From Phoronis australis (Eukaryota; Animalia; Phoronida), in contig NMRA01000267.1 of NCBI GenBank assembly GCA_002633005.1, positions 471,939 through 535,938 on the forward strand: DNA of 64,000 nt, given 5' to 3'. How positions within the stretch are numbered: the first letter of the stretch is position 1; each line of letters opens with the position of its first letter. Under the pieces are notes generated by a model that searched no databases, had not been told where the DNA came from, and saw only the letters and a list, made by a program, of their open reading frames with translations. Shown here piece by piece: positions 37,244 to 50,180 of the stretch. The position numbers and the translations under genes were made by a program.

Positions 37244-38344
37244 CTAGTCGAACAATAAACAATCAAAACAGATAATACATTTTCGGAAGACGCTGTTAAC
37301 AAAGTTGTGCTTCTGGGAGTTCATTTTCTTCGTAAGTCTTTACATTAAAGTGCATTACCTTACTGGTATTCAGTCACATGTCTCTACACGAGTAACCACA
37401 TACGGCCATCAAAAGCAATCCCAGGCGACCCTTTCTGTTGATGATAATTGTGTTTTATCTCTTTTCCTTCCCTTACTCGGGAAATGTCTCCTTACTGAAC
37501 TGTATTTAAGCAAAATCGCGAAACATTCATGATTCCCGCGACATGCGTTGTAGTTTTTTTATGAGAAGGTTTTGCCACCTGATCACCGTCAATGAGCTTA
37601 TTTGAGCAAATTAAGCCGTGAAATAGCGATGTTACTTTGACAAAAACGTCATTAATTTGAACGGACAGAACTAAGGAATTTGCTCTACTCTCCTTCTGCC
37701 TGACCTCTTCATTTTATTTGCGATGTTGTTTGCTCATTACCTCCAGAAAATGGAGCATTCCTTGGCGGTGTCGTCGTCGTTTTTGCCCCTGTTGTTGGGT
37801 GAGGTCTTGGTCGTGTACCTTTAAAGGTATGATGTCAAAAAATCTACTTTCACTATTAAAGATACTACGTGTGGTCTTGATTTCGAATCCTTTGGCAAAC
37901 AAAGGTCGTAATCGCCTATCAACTGATCGATTTGGAACGTCTGGAGTAGTTTCGTAGTCACAGACTGCGAAAATACTCGATGAGTTCTGAACTGGTCAAG
38001 TCACAAAGCGGTCCCACCGAATCAAATTCTTTTGTCCTAGAACATAGCAGTAGCCACTGGTCAACGGCATCCGTATTCACCTGTTTGTGAGATTTCTATA
38101 CACTTTGGTCATATCTAGGTGACGATCGAAGCACTTTACTGCCACATGTACATGTATCTAATGAGTGAATCATGTTAGAGAATAAGAAAAATGAACAAAT
38201 GACTATGTATTCTTCGTTGTGCATTATTTTCAAACCGACCTCAGATCGCCTTGGCTCAATACATTCTTGTACCGAAAATCACTACTGTGGAAGTCATTTA
38301 TCATGTCAGCATGAAAACCATAGTACTGCACTACATATTAGATC

Positions 38345-38458
38345 AAGCACTGACGTACGCCCGTCCAGAATTAAGTCACATCCATTGGCTGTGCTTGACA
38401 TACCCGCCCCTTGCGGCCCATCTGTGGCACGCTGCAGCGTTGTGGATGTTTGAACAAT
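38345..38458 (-). pseudogene. Degenerate ShK (ShKT) exon, duplicate copy
   Basis: CSNIHNAAACHRWAARGGYVKHSQWM*LNSGRAY; paralog of 39475-39588 with lost cysteines and a stop. Confidence 0.7.
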
Positions 38459-39051
38459 CTGTGCTTGCAATGAAATTGGAAATCTGTCATTGAGCTCATT
38501 TGAGACCATTAAGCCGTGAAAAGACTCTATTATTTGACAAAAACGTCACAAATTTGAACAGGTGAAACTGAGGAATTTGACGTACTCTCCTTCTGCCTGA
38601 CCTCTTCGTATTTTTCGTAACTTAGTTCTTGCCGCTGTTGTTGGCTGAGGTCTTGATCTTGTACCTTAAAAGGTGATGTCAAAACATCTAATTTCACTAA
38701 TTAAAGATACTACGTGTGGTCTTGATTTCGAATCCTTTGGCAAACAAAGGTCATAATCACTTAACAACTAATCCATTTGGAACATCTCGGGTATTTTTGT
38801 AGTCACAGACTGCGAAAATTCTCGGTGTGTTACGAAATGGCCAAGCCACAAAGCACCCCACCGAATAAAACTGTTTTCGCCTACAACATAGGAGTAGCCG
38901 CTGGTCAACGGCATCTGTATTCACCTATATGCGAGATTCCTGTACAAATCGGTCATTTCTAGGTGACGATCGAATAACTTTACTGCTACATGTATCAAAT
39001 TACTTTTAACATGTTATAGAATAGGAAAAATGAACAAACGTCTATGTCTTC

Positions 39052-39312
39052 CACGCGCGCACCGGGCGGGGAGGAAGGGGGGGGGGGAGGAGGACTCTAA
39101 AGAGCCCACCATTTGGCGACGTGAGCAAAATAAGTCCGCCTCAAAGAATCAAAAACTCCAAAAAACAGTAGAAAAGTCCACTAAAAAGACAGGAACTACC
39201 CAAATTCGGCAAATGCAAAACTCATAGCTTTGAACGTACCCCGTGAAGCTCAGGGAAAGGCCAGCATTCTTAAAAATTAGAGCCCCACATTTTTAGGCTG
39301 AGTGCGCGCATG
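39052..39312. mobile_element. 261-bp MITE, TIR CAYGCGCGCAC, 5-bp TSD TCTTC
   Basis: TCTTC at 39047-39051 and 39313-39317; the paralogous empty site at ~38204-38220 lacks the insert. Confidence 0.8.
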
Positions 39313-39474
39313 TCTTCTTCGTTGTGCATTGTTTTCCAACTGAGCAAAGATCGACGTTTGTCAATGTGTACTGAAAATTACTACTCTGGAACTCTTTTGT
39401 CACGTCAGCTAACGGAGGCATACTCTGTGCATGTAAACTACAGTGCCGCACCAAATATTAGATCAAACACTCAC

Positions 39475-39588
39475 TGCATTCGTTGCACGCCAGTGCACAA
39501 TTAGGTAACATCCATTGGGGGTTCTTAACACACTCGCCTCTTGCCGCCCATCTGTCGCACGCTGCAGTGTTGTGGACGTTTGAACACT
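39475..39588 (-). pseudogene. Multidomain gene exon: intact six-cysteine ShK (ShKT) domain
   Basis: CSNVHNTAACDRWAARGECVKNPQWMLPNCALACNEC; CAG/GTGAGT; 114 nt, phase 1/1. Confidence 0.9.
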
Positions 39589-40244
39589 CTGCGCAAGCAG
39601 TGAAAGATATACATGAAAGTGATAGGTGGCGCCTGCCACGTTCATTTATTTCAGCAACTCTACCAGGAGAAAACGTTTATTCATTTTCTTTCTTCAGCAC
39701 TATTGCACGGTGCAAAGTTTTACTTGAATCCTCAGAAAGTGCATACTGTTTTCATCCAATTCCAGATTTATGCGTTGTTAAACCACACATTTGTCAGGAT
39801 CGTTATGATATACGGAAACATGGGCACACACATCGCTTGAGATGAGATGCCATCAGTAGGTAAACATACAAAAACAGGGACTAGCCAGCTGAGCTCACAG
39901 CCCGACTCGTTGGTCCTGAAAGTTAGTGCTTGTTTTACATTCAAATCGAGTTGAGGTTGTGTAGACTGGATGGAGGAGGTTGTGGGCTATGGGTCGAGGG
40001 AGTTGTAGGTCGAGGGGATCATGGGTAGATGGGGTCGCGGGGTTTTTAGAACAATCCGTAATTTAGGGGTAAAAACTAAAACTCTATTAAATAGGTTAAC
40101 GTTAATCAATATTCAGTTTTTACATGTACCTCTTGCTTGTCTCCAGCAATTTGGGCTAACACCTTGAGCATTATATTGCTGATATTTTCACGATTTTCGT
40201 TTAAATTGTTTCAAATGTTTAATGTTGCTTGTACATGTAAATAC

Positions 40245-40490
40245 TTTTTCGAGAAGGGCCATAGGATGCCATGGGATGAAAATGGTGGCAGACGATGGTA
40301 CCCGAGTTTGACAAAGATGAATTTGTGTGTTGAATTGCTGCCTTTCTGTAGCCCTGTAGTGTTGACTGATAGTGACATAGGATGGGTGACTCCGGTAAAA
40401 GTCGACGACGCCAATCAAGAATTGAGGTCAGTCGTCTGCTTTTGACATACTTTTCCAATTCAGTATTTGCCTTGCAATTCCTATTCAATC
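40245..40490 (-). pseudogene. Multidomain gene exon: degenerate tyrosinase-like N-terminal/CuA region
   Basis: After an early frameshift: NWKSMSKADD*PQFLIGVVDFY...ISQHY...TQIH...FIPWHPMALLE, resembling H...H..FxPWHRxxLxxxE. The phase-1 acceptor fits the upstream exon. No CuB exon recognised. Confidence 0.55.
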
Positions 40491-41191
40491 CTAGGTTTTG
40501 TTAACAAAATAACAACACCCTTCGCATGCTCTTTCAATTTGATTAGTTAAAAACAAAATTTGTGAAATTTAAATGCAGGATCTTTTCATTTTTAAATGCA
40601 CTTTCAATGAGGTGGAAAACGTCAAAAAAAATTAGCAACTAAAAGCACCCACGAAAATTATCATGTTAAAGCACCTGCAGATCAGGGTCGTTTGACTAAC
40701 AATACAATTCAGTGAACAAATGAATTCACCAAGATGACTAGTTCGTTTTCGTCGTTTATAATTTTAACATGCACATAAACTTCTATACATTTTATAATTT
40801 CAAAAGAAGCTCCAGCTAAGCATTTGCCTTACAGTTGAATCTAAACATTTTTCCATAAGTGTTTACCAGCACCTTTATAAAATTCATCAAAGTTGATAAA
40901 TGATCTTCGTAGATTAATTTTTTGTAGTGGCATACAGTATATATGCAGTAAAGCAAGAACGAACTGTTCAAAAGTAGAACCATTTCATCAAACGAATGGA
41001 ATTTTAACCTAAATGTATGTGCATATGTCATGTTAGATCAAGCCCTATGTACATAAAATATAACGATTTGTAGTCGTGGTTCATCCAAGTAATTTTGGGC
41101 ATGACTTCCACGAAGAGTGTACTTGAAAGAAGACTCATTTCTTTTAAACAGAGCATAAATGTAGCTAGCACTGATCGTAAGGTGTCACTAC

Positions 41192-41224
41192 CTGTTGGTG
41201 GTACTGTTGGCAGTGGTGGAGAAC
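41192..41224 (-). pseudogene. Multidomain gene: 33-nt Pro/Thr linker micro-exon (GSPPLPTVPPT)
   Basis: TTTTCTTTCGAAG acceptor, GTAGTG donor, phase 1/1. Confidence 0.6.
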
Positions 41225-41577
41225 CTTCGAAAGAAAAACGGCAGATTGAAAGCATTGTGACAAATTCAGATATTGCAAGTTTGAGTATGCTTCATGTAAA
41301 CACTGTCAGAATTTCACAAACATATCTGGTGTACATCTGAATGTCATATTAAGCACGAATTTAATCGAAAGGGGTCCATTGTCCATGTCTCAGGGGGAGA
41401 CGAAATTTACTGTTGCATTAAATAACTGTAGATATATTATCATACAGAAGTCAAGCGTGTGGATAAACTTTCGTCAAATCATAATGTGAGGACGGGTACA
41501 GGTACATGTAAGGGTGACGGCTGAAACTCCTACGTTATTCATCTAATCTTCAAAATTCTAAAAATCCCAGAGCTTAC

Positions 41578-41697
41578 CACAAATGCCGCATGCCAGTGCA
41601 CAGTTCACATGCATCCAAATCGGGTTTTCCTCGTACTCTCCAGTAGCAGCCCAACCATTGCATTGAGTAGTGTCGTGTGTGTTCACACATGGACCCC
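41578..41697 (-). pseudogene. Multidomain gene exon: ShK (ShKT) domain with Cys3 replaced by Tyr
   Basis: GPCVNTHDTTQCNGWAATGEYEENPIWMHVNCALACGIC; CCAG/GTAAGC; 120 nt, phase 1/1. Confidence 0.88.
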
Positions 41698-42866
41698 CTG
41701 GAAGGAGTACAGTTTATTTTTACGACGTACAATAAATGATATTATACCACAATATTAGCGTCAAATGGCAGATACAACCGTGTAATAACCCATAAAGTTA
41801 TCTCACTAGTGTGAAAATAGAATACCTAAATGAGCACGCGCAATAATCGCACGTTCAACAAACCGCATAGTACTGTGCTTATGCGCTATGAAAAATAAGA
41901 CACATAATTTCCATAAAAATGATATCTTAATTCAGCGATTTTTTTTCTCTCGTGTCCTCTTACTTGTAAATCACCGATCTCCAGTTTGAATGCGGTATCG
42001 TGTCGTCAGGATCTTTGACTTGAGAATTATATTCAGTTACCAGTGGTAACCTACTTTAGCAGACGAAAATTTCCCGGTCGAATCTTAGCGTGAAAAAAAG
42101 TGTTTTAAGCTACATGTATAATAGTTAGTAAACCTTAATTTATAAATTCAATTTGTTTCTATTATATTTAAGTTTTCAATTGGTTTTGAGTAAAAGCATT
42201 ATTTGACAATAATAGCCCCGGCCGGCTTTTCTTAAAAGGTCACGACCTCCGACCCCAGGCCTCTGACATAGAAAGTATTTACAAAGCCGTGGAGAGTCAG
42301 AAAAGGTAAATCGATTCATTGCAATGTTTCTCGCTTAGTATGTGGTATGCCCCTCGGGCGATAATTCTCCAAAATCCACTCGGGCTCTAGATAACGGGGG
42401 ATAACGACTTCGCCATGTAATAATCTATATTTATTACATGTGCCTTAAAATACGACCACTGAGACTTCTTTCCCATGATTTTTTCGAATCTTATTAGGTT
42501 ACCATGTTGGTATCTGCCTTCATGTATTGGCAACATCTGCTTTATATTGTAGTCAGAATTTATAAATTCTTCAGCGTTCACGATTGACTGGCGACATCTG
42601 AAGTCCGGGCGGTACGAATGAAAACTAATTTTCAATGGCCAGATTGTTCAAGCGCAAATTAGCCAATCAGTGGAAAAAACTATGAGTGGTCGTGCGATAA
42701 CTTTGCATGCAAAAGGCAGTTAAGTTGCTACCACGTGTACATGTTTAATTTCACTATACCTGAGTGCCAACTAAAATATGCAAAGAGCTCTTAAAGATAA
42801 TTCTGTGACACTGTCAGACTGATTGGTATGTTGTTCTACAGTTTTTCATGTCTTTCAGTCGCCTAC

Positions 42867-43008
42867 CTGTCGGCGGTGGTCTGGTAGTAGGCGGTGGTAG
42901 GGTGGGTGGAGTTGGCTTATGTTGAACAGGACATTTTCCTCGGGTAACCACAATATCGTCAATGCTCGCGTATCCCATCCCTTCGCCTTTCATAGCGCTG
43001 ATTACAAT
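42867..43008 (-). pseudogene. Multidomain gene exon: MAM C-terminus plus Pro/Thr linker
   Basis: IVISAMKGEGMGYASIDDIVVTRGKCP...PTPPTLPPPTTRPPPT; TAG/GTAGGC; phase 0/1. Confidence 0.85.
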
Positions 43009-43092
43009 CTAACAGAAAATTTGTTGGAACTTGAAAACAACACAATATTTTGGTGTTCGGTGTTTGCCTAGTATTCAAATGAATGAAGTTAA

Positions 43093-44502
43093 AGGAGAAT
43101 GCCACCCGATTTAATTAGTTTCTGTTACCGTCTTCAACTATATCCACATCACCTCGTTCATAGTAGATCTCGCCTAGGCGAAAGGTGTCGCGTTACCCTG
43201 TGAGAAAGATGAGTACACGACCCAGTGACATCAGTGGTTCTCCAGCTGAGTTTGTGCCGCTGTGGTGTGGTGTATAGTTTTCGCTTGTGCGAACCATGAA
43301 GCTGCAAGGAAAGCGAGTGTATCGTTTTTTTGATTTTCTCGACAACCCAAAATGCTTTAGAAGTGTTCCGCGGCAAAAAGAACGAAAACTACGCCGTTAA
43401 TACCAAGTATGAGGCCGTGAAATTTCTCCGTTTCTGTGGCCGACATTGTTCTGTTTCAAATTGAATTATTTTCACCCTAACCAAAGTTATATCAAACGGA
43501 AACAATGTCAAAGTTCGTCACAGTAGATGCAATTTGTAATGCCTTACGGGTGTTCGTGATTGCAAATGGTTTGAGAAATCAACAATGAATAAATCATACT
43601 TCGCTACCCGTCTGGCTTCAGATGCAATAAAAAACGAAATTGACTGCCATGTGAGTCCCTGTTAATTCACTGCTTGCTGACAGAACGGTGTTGTGAAACT
43701 ATAACTCGATTTTATATGCCACGGTCAGATGTTAGAGGAATCTTTACTTATACATATATCCATCATTCAAATTATTGTCATTCTACATCTCTCCCTGTAC
43801 TGTTCTGTGGAAGGGAAACATGGCTTCGCAGCCTCAAACGAGCAAGTAGATTTGTAATTTCGCGGCAAATTCACCGAAAAATTCACATGCACATTATTTA
43901 TTTAGTTCGCTAGCTCCGTCTTTTCGTGACTTCAATTTTCGCAGCCGACTAATCAGGCTGGTATGTTCGTAATGTCTCCAGTCCGGCCGTGACGGGCCTG
44001 ATAGGGTTCCTAGCCATTGGGTTATAAGGGGGTTTGTGATTAGAACAGAAAAAAATCGCAGTTCTAAAACTACAACACATGGCTATGCTCTCCTGTTGGT
44101 ATTTCACAAAAATAAATCTAACTTATCGCCGAACACACTCAAAACTTCCCGCGACCGACCTCGGTAAGTTGGCCTACCGAAGTTTGTAGGCGTATGGTAC
44201 ATGTACGTTCAAAATTTCTATCAACCCTTTAACACCGAAATAAAACGACTCATTTGTTTAAAAACTTGTATGTATTTTTAAGGACTTTAAATCAAATGTT
44301 GATGATTTATTGGTGTAAAACGATGAATTCAAGGTATAAGCTAACACCAGTAAGCGTCTTGTGAACTGCTGAGCAGACTGTTAGAACCTGTGTCGTCATT
44401 GGTTAACTTCAGCACCTCCGTCTGAACGAACGGAACTTGTTGTTATCGAGTGGAATTACTCGATCTAAATTCATACAAAATACTTTTTTGTAGCATTCTC
44501 CT
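43093..44502 (+). mobile_element. Kolobok-type non-autonomous DNA transposon, copy A (intronic)
   Basis: TTAA|AGGAGAATGCCAC...TAGCATTCTCCT|CTAA; collinear with 50181-51875; decayed THAP remnant at ~43260-43450. Confidence 0.8.
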
Positions 44503-45502
44503 CTAAAACCAGTTCTCATCACACGTTTCGTCATAATCACTAAAGAGTTTCGCATACAGGTTAAGCGCAAACGTGAACGTTTGAGAAACCAAAGGTCACA
44601 GACTTACGCTCGTGCATGCGTTGTTTTCCATTTTTCTCTTTCGGGTATTCCACGTACGCCCAATTAAGTGGTAGAGTTCTAGTCAACAACAAAACTGACG
44701 GTCTAAGTGCTGTGCCTGAACCTGGAGTCTGCTTAATCCCAAGATCACGCATGCAAAAACTTGGAATACGCGAGGCAGCTTGACAAGTTCGCTCAAATAA
44801 TCACGTTCACGTTCATAAAAAATACACTGCTCTAAATCAAATTACATTTGAATAAATAATGTCGATTTTAACCAACGTTTTCTCAACTACTGTCGCTTAA
44901 TTTCACCAAACAATAATTGATTTAACCATTCAAATATTCCTCCGATGCTGTGACACAAGTTACGGTGAAGGAGAAAAGCCGTTATCATGAGGCCAATAAC
45001 TACAAAAACTCTTTACACTGAAAAAAATCACTTTATTGCCTTAAAAACATTCAATTTTAAGTTCATGCATACGTGATCTTGAAATTGAACAGGATTCCAA
45101 GTTCACTCACAGCATAAGGTTTGTTGGATTTGGCGCTCTGAGAGACGACTTCGACTAACTGGACTTGCTTATGTGAGATGCGGATGATAAACCACGAAAA
45201 AATACAACCAACGCATTCAAAGGGGTTTGACTTCGGAGTTTATGTATTGTGGAATCAAAATTTCCACAAAAATATCCGAGATTCTGAATTGATGAGCAGT
45301 TTATCAGCTTCACCCAGTCATCACAGTCGTAGGTTAGTCATAAGCTCTCAAACTCTGTTGACAATGCCAAAACATTCCCACCAAATATGTAATCGTGCAG
45401 TATTGTCCCATAACATCCCAACATTCAGAGACTAGATTAAATACATAATAAACACGATTATCATCTTTAATCGCAAAGTGCTCAAAAACACCAAAAGCAG
45501 CT

Positions 45503-45830
45503 ATCATAAAGATGGTTTACCAAAACCAGATTTCAAACTCAAACCTCGTCTTCCTAAATCTGTTGTAATTTTCTATAACGAACTTGCATTTCACCAACGT
45601 GGTTGAAAAGCCTTAACAGGGAGCGAGTTTATTAAAACCAGGTTTAAAGTATTCAAGGCACCCTACTGTGTTGATCTGGATTAACTAAAAAAGAAACAGT
45701 GAAGTGCATCAATGCAACCATGATCATATTTCTATACAATGGCACACAGTAGTAGAATCAGTGCAAACATTTGGAGTTATGACTGTTAACAATTAAATGA
45801 GACAAAAGTCTGTAAGCTTTTCTCATGAGA
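45503..45830. repeat. Dispersed copy of the spacer and inner right arm of the 7130-8688 foldback
   Basis: AACTTGCATTTCACCAAC, AAACCAGGTTTAAAGTAT, GATCTGGATTAA and TAGTAGAATCAG shared with ~7890-8200. Confidence 0.7.
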
Positions 45831-46156
45831 GTAATACGTTTCCTTACATTACTGATCACAAAAAAGTCAATGTTATAAAGAACAAGAAAAATGGTGTTAA
45901 ATCACGTTAAACGCAACAGAGAGATATTGCACCGCACGTACGCGCAGCCAACCACCTTTTGGCATTGAACGTAGCGCCTACGCACCGTAAGTTATGTTCA
46001 GTGCTCAAGGTGATTTGGCGGGCTTTCGGCGCCTGCTTACCTCTACTTTTACCACTAAAGCACAGCTTAAATAGCATTCTTCAATAACTCGTGCAACGAC
46101 GAAAAATCCTCATGCTTCGACTCAAACTTCGATCATGATCATTGAATAAGTCCTAC

Positions 46157-46329
46157 CTCCACCGGGAAACGGATTCTTGAACCGTCACCATTTGGATCAA
46201 GCTCACTCTCAAACAACTCCCATTTCCAGTCCGAAGCATAAGATCGCGTATTCCGGAATGAATTATAAAGCTGGTCGCCCCGTTGTCCGTTTGACGAATA
46301 GTAAACGTCGACGCCAACAAGCATCTTAC
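46157..46329 (-). pseudogene. Multidomain gene exon: MAM middle part
   Basis: KMLVGVDVYYSSNGQRGDQLYNSF...DWKWELFESELD...IRFPVE; TTTAG/GTAGGA; 173 nt, phase 1/0, bridging the two flanking MAM exons. Confidence 0.75.
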
Positions 46330-48739
46330 CTAAAGTTAAGCAAGAACTTTCACCAATTCAAGCACATCCTAGATCTTTCGGGAATCAATCCAATCATTTT
46401 ACAAAGATACTAGGCTCTTGAATGTTCGAGACTACGATTCCATGTTAATCTCCAAAATACTGGATTCTAAAAGGATGTTATCTTTACGCTCGGTTGTAAA
46501 CAAGATACATCATCAATAGCCGGACCTCATGGGTCATGGCAATCAAGTGACCTCTGCTAGCAAAACAAATAAAACCAGTGCCAATCTACTTTGTACAGAT
46601 GTCAAGTTTCGTCAAGGCACCTCATTGGTCCTCTACATATCATCCAGAAACGCTTTTGATGAGGAATAACTAAAAACGAATATAACCAGGTGTCGAATCA
46701 GCCCTAAAATACACCGATCATATACCTCCGTTAAGTGTTAACAATGTCCATTGATCAATTACCAGAATCACCTTTGCAAAGATTATTGCAGACCTGCGTA
46801 CCACCAAAACTGCATTGGAGTACTCTGAATACCAGATTTGCTGATTTTTGAGTAAATTTGCAGATTTTTGTGCTACCAAATTTATCCTAAAATATAGGGT
46901 GGGGTTATGCATTTTTCGCAGTGGACCTTTCACTAACTAAAAAAGGGGTTTGCTCAACGTTCAGAGCTTTCGCCGAATTCTTGCCTCGTTACTGGACTTT
47001 TTTCTGTTCTCTCAGACTTTCGGTCTCTTTCAGGACCTGGCTACGCGCATGGGTACTTTTCCTACTTATTTGCCTCTGAATGAGTTTCTAAAATACACGT
47101 AGTGAATTAATCACCAACTTTCAGAAAAAAATAAGTTGTTTAGTTGAGAGACAACGCGTTAAGTGAAAATATCCTGTTAATCAATAGAAAATGTCCTTAC
47201 CGAACTTTAGTTATATTAACACATGCCTAAAGTACACCTCATTTCTTAACACAAAAATATATCTGCAAAAATGTGTTGATGAACCTGCACTGGGCCATGT
47301 TTTGCACCACGTGATATTTTCTTAACCATTCACAAAAGTTTTGAATAATTATTCATTGCAAGTGTCTGTGAACACCTACCACAGTACGGCATGCGATAAG
47401 ACCTCGAAGCTCGCCTGTGGCTCGAGTACTATCGTCAGTTCAACGTAGTACGAAGTCAGTGCAGTCACCATGTCCGCAAAAAACAACACGCTATACAACT
47501 TGCAGTATAAATTCCACGGTCCCTTGAATAAAACGTTGTCATTCTTAGGAGAAACGTGGCAGAAACAGATGTTCCCTTATTTCAGAAGCTTCTTTCTTCA
47601 CAGCTCGGAATATGTGACCACTCATGCTTTGCCATTTTGTCAAAAGTACGTATTTAGTCGTAAAAAGCCGGAATAAGACAATGTAAGCAATCCACAAATC
47701 ACAGAATTCGTTTCTTATAGTTTAGGCCTGTGACACACATACCGATAAAAGTGGCCTGCCGCTTCGCCGATTATCAGGCTATTTCGAGAATGAAACGGGG
47801 CAACTTTTCCGAGTTTGTAGCACAACGTCTTGGCTAAAATAATGATTTTACAATACATTTTTTAATTTCTAACTTTCAAATCCTCTTCCCTCGTCCATGA
47901 CGACTACAAATCGGCGTATTTATTGAGAAACAAGCGAATTTATAATAATCTCTTTTGAATTTGCTCAATTTGCTGAATTTGCGTCTTTTTGCCTGGCCGT
48001 GCGTACCCGTGTACTGGAGGCTTGATTTCCGTACGAATCTGCATTTTTGCGTATGGTAAAGGATTGTGCCGAAAGAAAATGGACAGTAGCTTGTAAAGTC
48101 AAACCCGTCTCCGAAACCAAATGATATTGTTAAATTGTGTGTCACACTTACCCTGAGTTTTATTAAAACTTGTAACCCCAATGGCCAACAAAGTGTGCAA
48201 CGGTAGTCAATCTTGTTTGAAAACCGGTTGCTCCCGGTGCTTTCGTCCATAATTCCTACGGTTTCCCTTAAGATGATGAAAATTGGTATTCACAGTCCCA
48301 AATGTACGATCGTCTTCGATTATGCGTGACATGTTCTATTTACTTGTACACACTTCAGGCGTTTTCAGTATGTTAGGGGAAGAACTTTTCCGGGACATAT
48401 CATGGAGCCAAATTTCAATGGAGCGTGACATGGTGGCGTGTGATATCAATACATTAACCCAGTCAATTTAGCAGCACTCCTTTAGTGTACATTTTATTCT
48501 CGATAATGGGACATTCTCAGACTTTTGACGTGAAGGTTTCGAAAAATAACTACAAAACCGTTTGTTTGATTTCAACGAATCTTCCCTCTCGGGTAAAGAA
48601 TCAGCGAATCAAACCGGTGCCTTTACCATTAATACCCTTGTAATCAAAGGCACTTTTACCAGACGCTCGACGTTAAGTTTAATGACGAGAAACTTATACA
48701 CGTGCTATCGAATGTGGTCACCCACCAGGCAAATCTCAA

Positions 48740-49590
48740 AGCATGTCAATTTCAGAGTAATTTATGTCACACATTTTAGCTCCGACTGCAACACGATCAC
48801 TAGTTCATTTGTTGACAGAAGGGAGGGCGCTCAATAGTGGCAAAAGCCTCTCGCCACTTATTTCGGTGCTGTGTCGTCCATGCAACGACACTAATGGAAT
48901 GCCTACCATTAGTACATCCAGATTTCGCTTATTCAATCGTCAACATACTCGGCTAAGCGTCCCGGCCGACTTTCTCAATCAGTTAATGGTAACCAATGCG
49001 CATGCTCGTCAGGTGACCGCAAAACCACCAAAACGCCAAATCAACTAAAAACAACTGTAGAGACACTCAGACACAGTATTCCAAAACCACACTCCTTGGA
49101 CCCAAGTAAAATAGGCCAACTTTTATCCAAGGCCTTCGAATTTCATTCCGTTTCCTCTTAATCATCAAGGATAAACATATACATGTAATCATAATTATGT
49201 GATTAAATTAATTGAATGGTGGTCTCAAAATGGTCGAATTAGAGACCAGAGCCAATCATGTCTGTGATTTCATCACGTCAGATCGTACTGGGGTCAGGTC
49301 GTCACACTTGGGAATTACCTCACAAGCCTCAGAGTCGGCGCGTACTCTGCATCTTAGGTTGTAGTTTTTAGTTGGCGTAAACGTTCACTGGCTTAATGAG
49401 TATCCGTATTACAGTAGTTGGCATGAATGGAGAAAGTCGGCCGAGACGCTATGCCATGCATTTTGCCAAGTCAATCAAGAAAATTCGGAGGTACTAATGA
49501 TCTGGCGTCGGTGTCGATAAATGTAATCAGCTGAACGTGTTGCAGTCCTAGACAAAATGTGTGACGTAAATTGCACGCTTTGAGTTATTC
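48740..49590. repeat. Old element with long degenerate inverted arms (~48740-48980 and ~49425-49590)
   Basis: AGCGTCCCGGCCGACTTTCTC pairs with GAGAAAGTCGGCCGAGACGCT; GTCACACATTTT..GACTGCAACACG with CGTGTTGCAGTC..AAAATGTGTGAC. Confidence 0.65.
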
Positions 49591-50180
49591 CGTAAGTGTC
49601 TCGACCGCAATCCTTCTTTATTTAAAAGGACACCAAACCCGGCTTTGGTCTATTAACAGATACGCTCACGTACGCGCACACACACACACACACACACGTG
49701 TGTACGCGCGCGCTATCGCGCATTCTCTGTAACCTTCGACAACCCTAAAAATTTTGGAGGCAAACTGGAAAACTCCTTTCAAAGCTTGCCAAACAGGCAA
49801 GCGTGGCTTGCGCGTTTCACCAATTACATGGTAACTGTCGGAGAAAACCACCCAGCAAATTGTGAAACAAGAGCAACGCGGGGCATTGAAATGCGCCCAC
49901 GACACCACCACAAAAGGTGTATTTCTATGGATGATTTTATTATCATAAAATGAACATTAGATGGCGCAGAATGCGTCAAACGCGTCTAAATTGAGATAGT
50001 GGCGCCGTCTCTGTAATAAACAGTTATGCGCCAAATTTCACAAAAGTAAGCCAAGGAACTCCAAAGACGTAGAGGCAAACGTAAAAAATCAGTTGACACA
50101 ATTTGAAACCCTCAGTAATCTTTTGCCATCGCTGTAGGAGCCCATCTGCCCAATTTCACAAAGATCCTTTAACGGGTTAA

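Larger units (their letters stand above)
37590..39610. repeat. Tandem duplication of a ~0.9-kb exon-containing unit (37590-38490; 38490-39610 including a MITE)
   Basis: Shared strings TTAAGCCGTGAAA, TACTCTCCTTCTGCCTGACCTCTTC, TACTACGTGTGGTCTTGATTTCGAATCCTTTGGCAAACAAAGGTC and CTAGGTGACGATCGAA. Confidence 0.9.

Noticed and set aside
37359-37433. Additional Cys-containing exon upstream of the discoidin domain
   Set aside because: Splice-like sites are present, but every frame has stops and no domain could be assigned.
43978-44020. Hammerhead ribozyme (CTGATAG)
   Set aside because: It lacks the CUGANGA and GAAA core on either strand.
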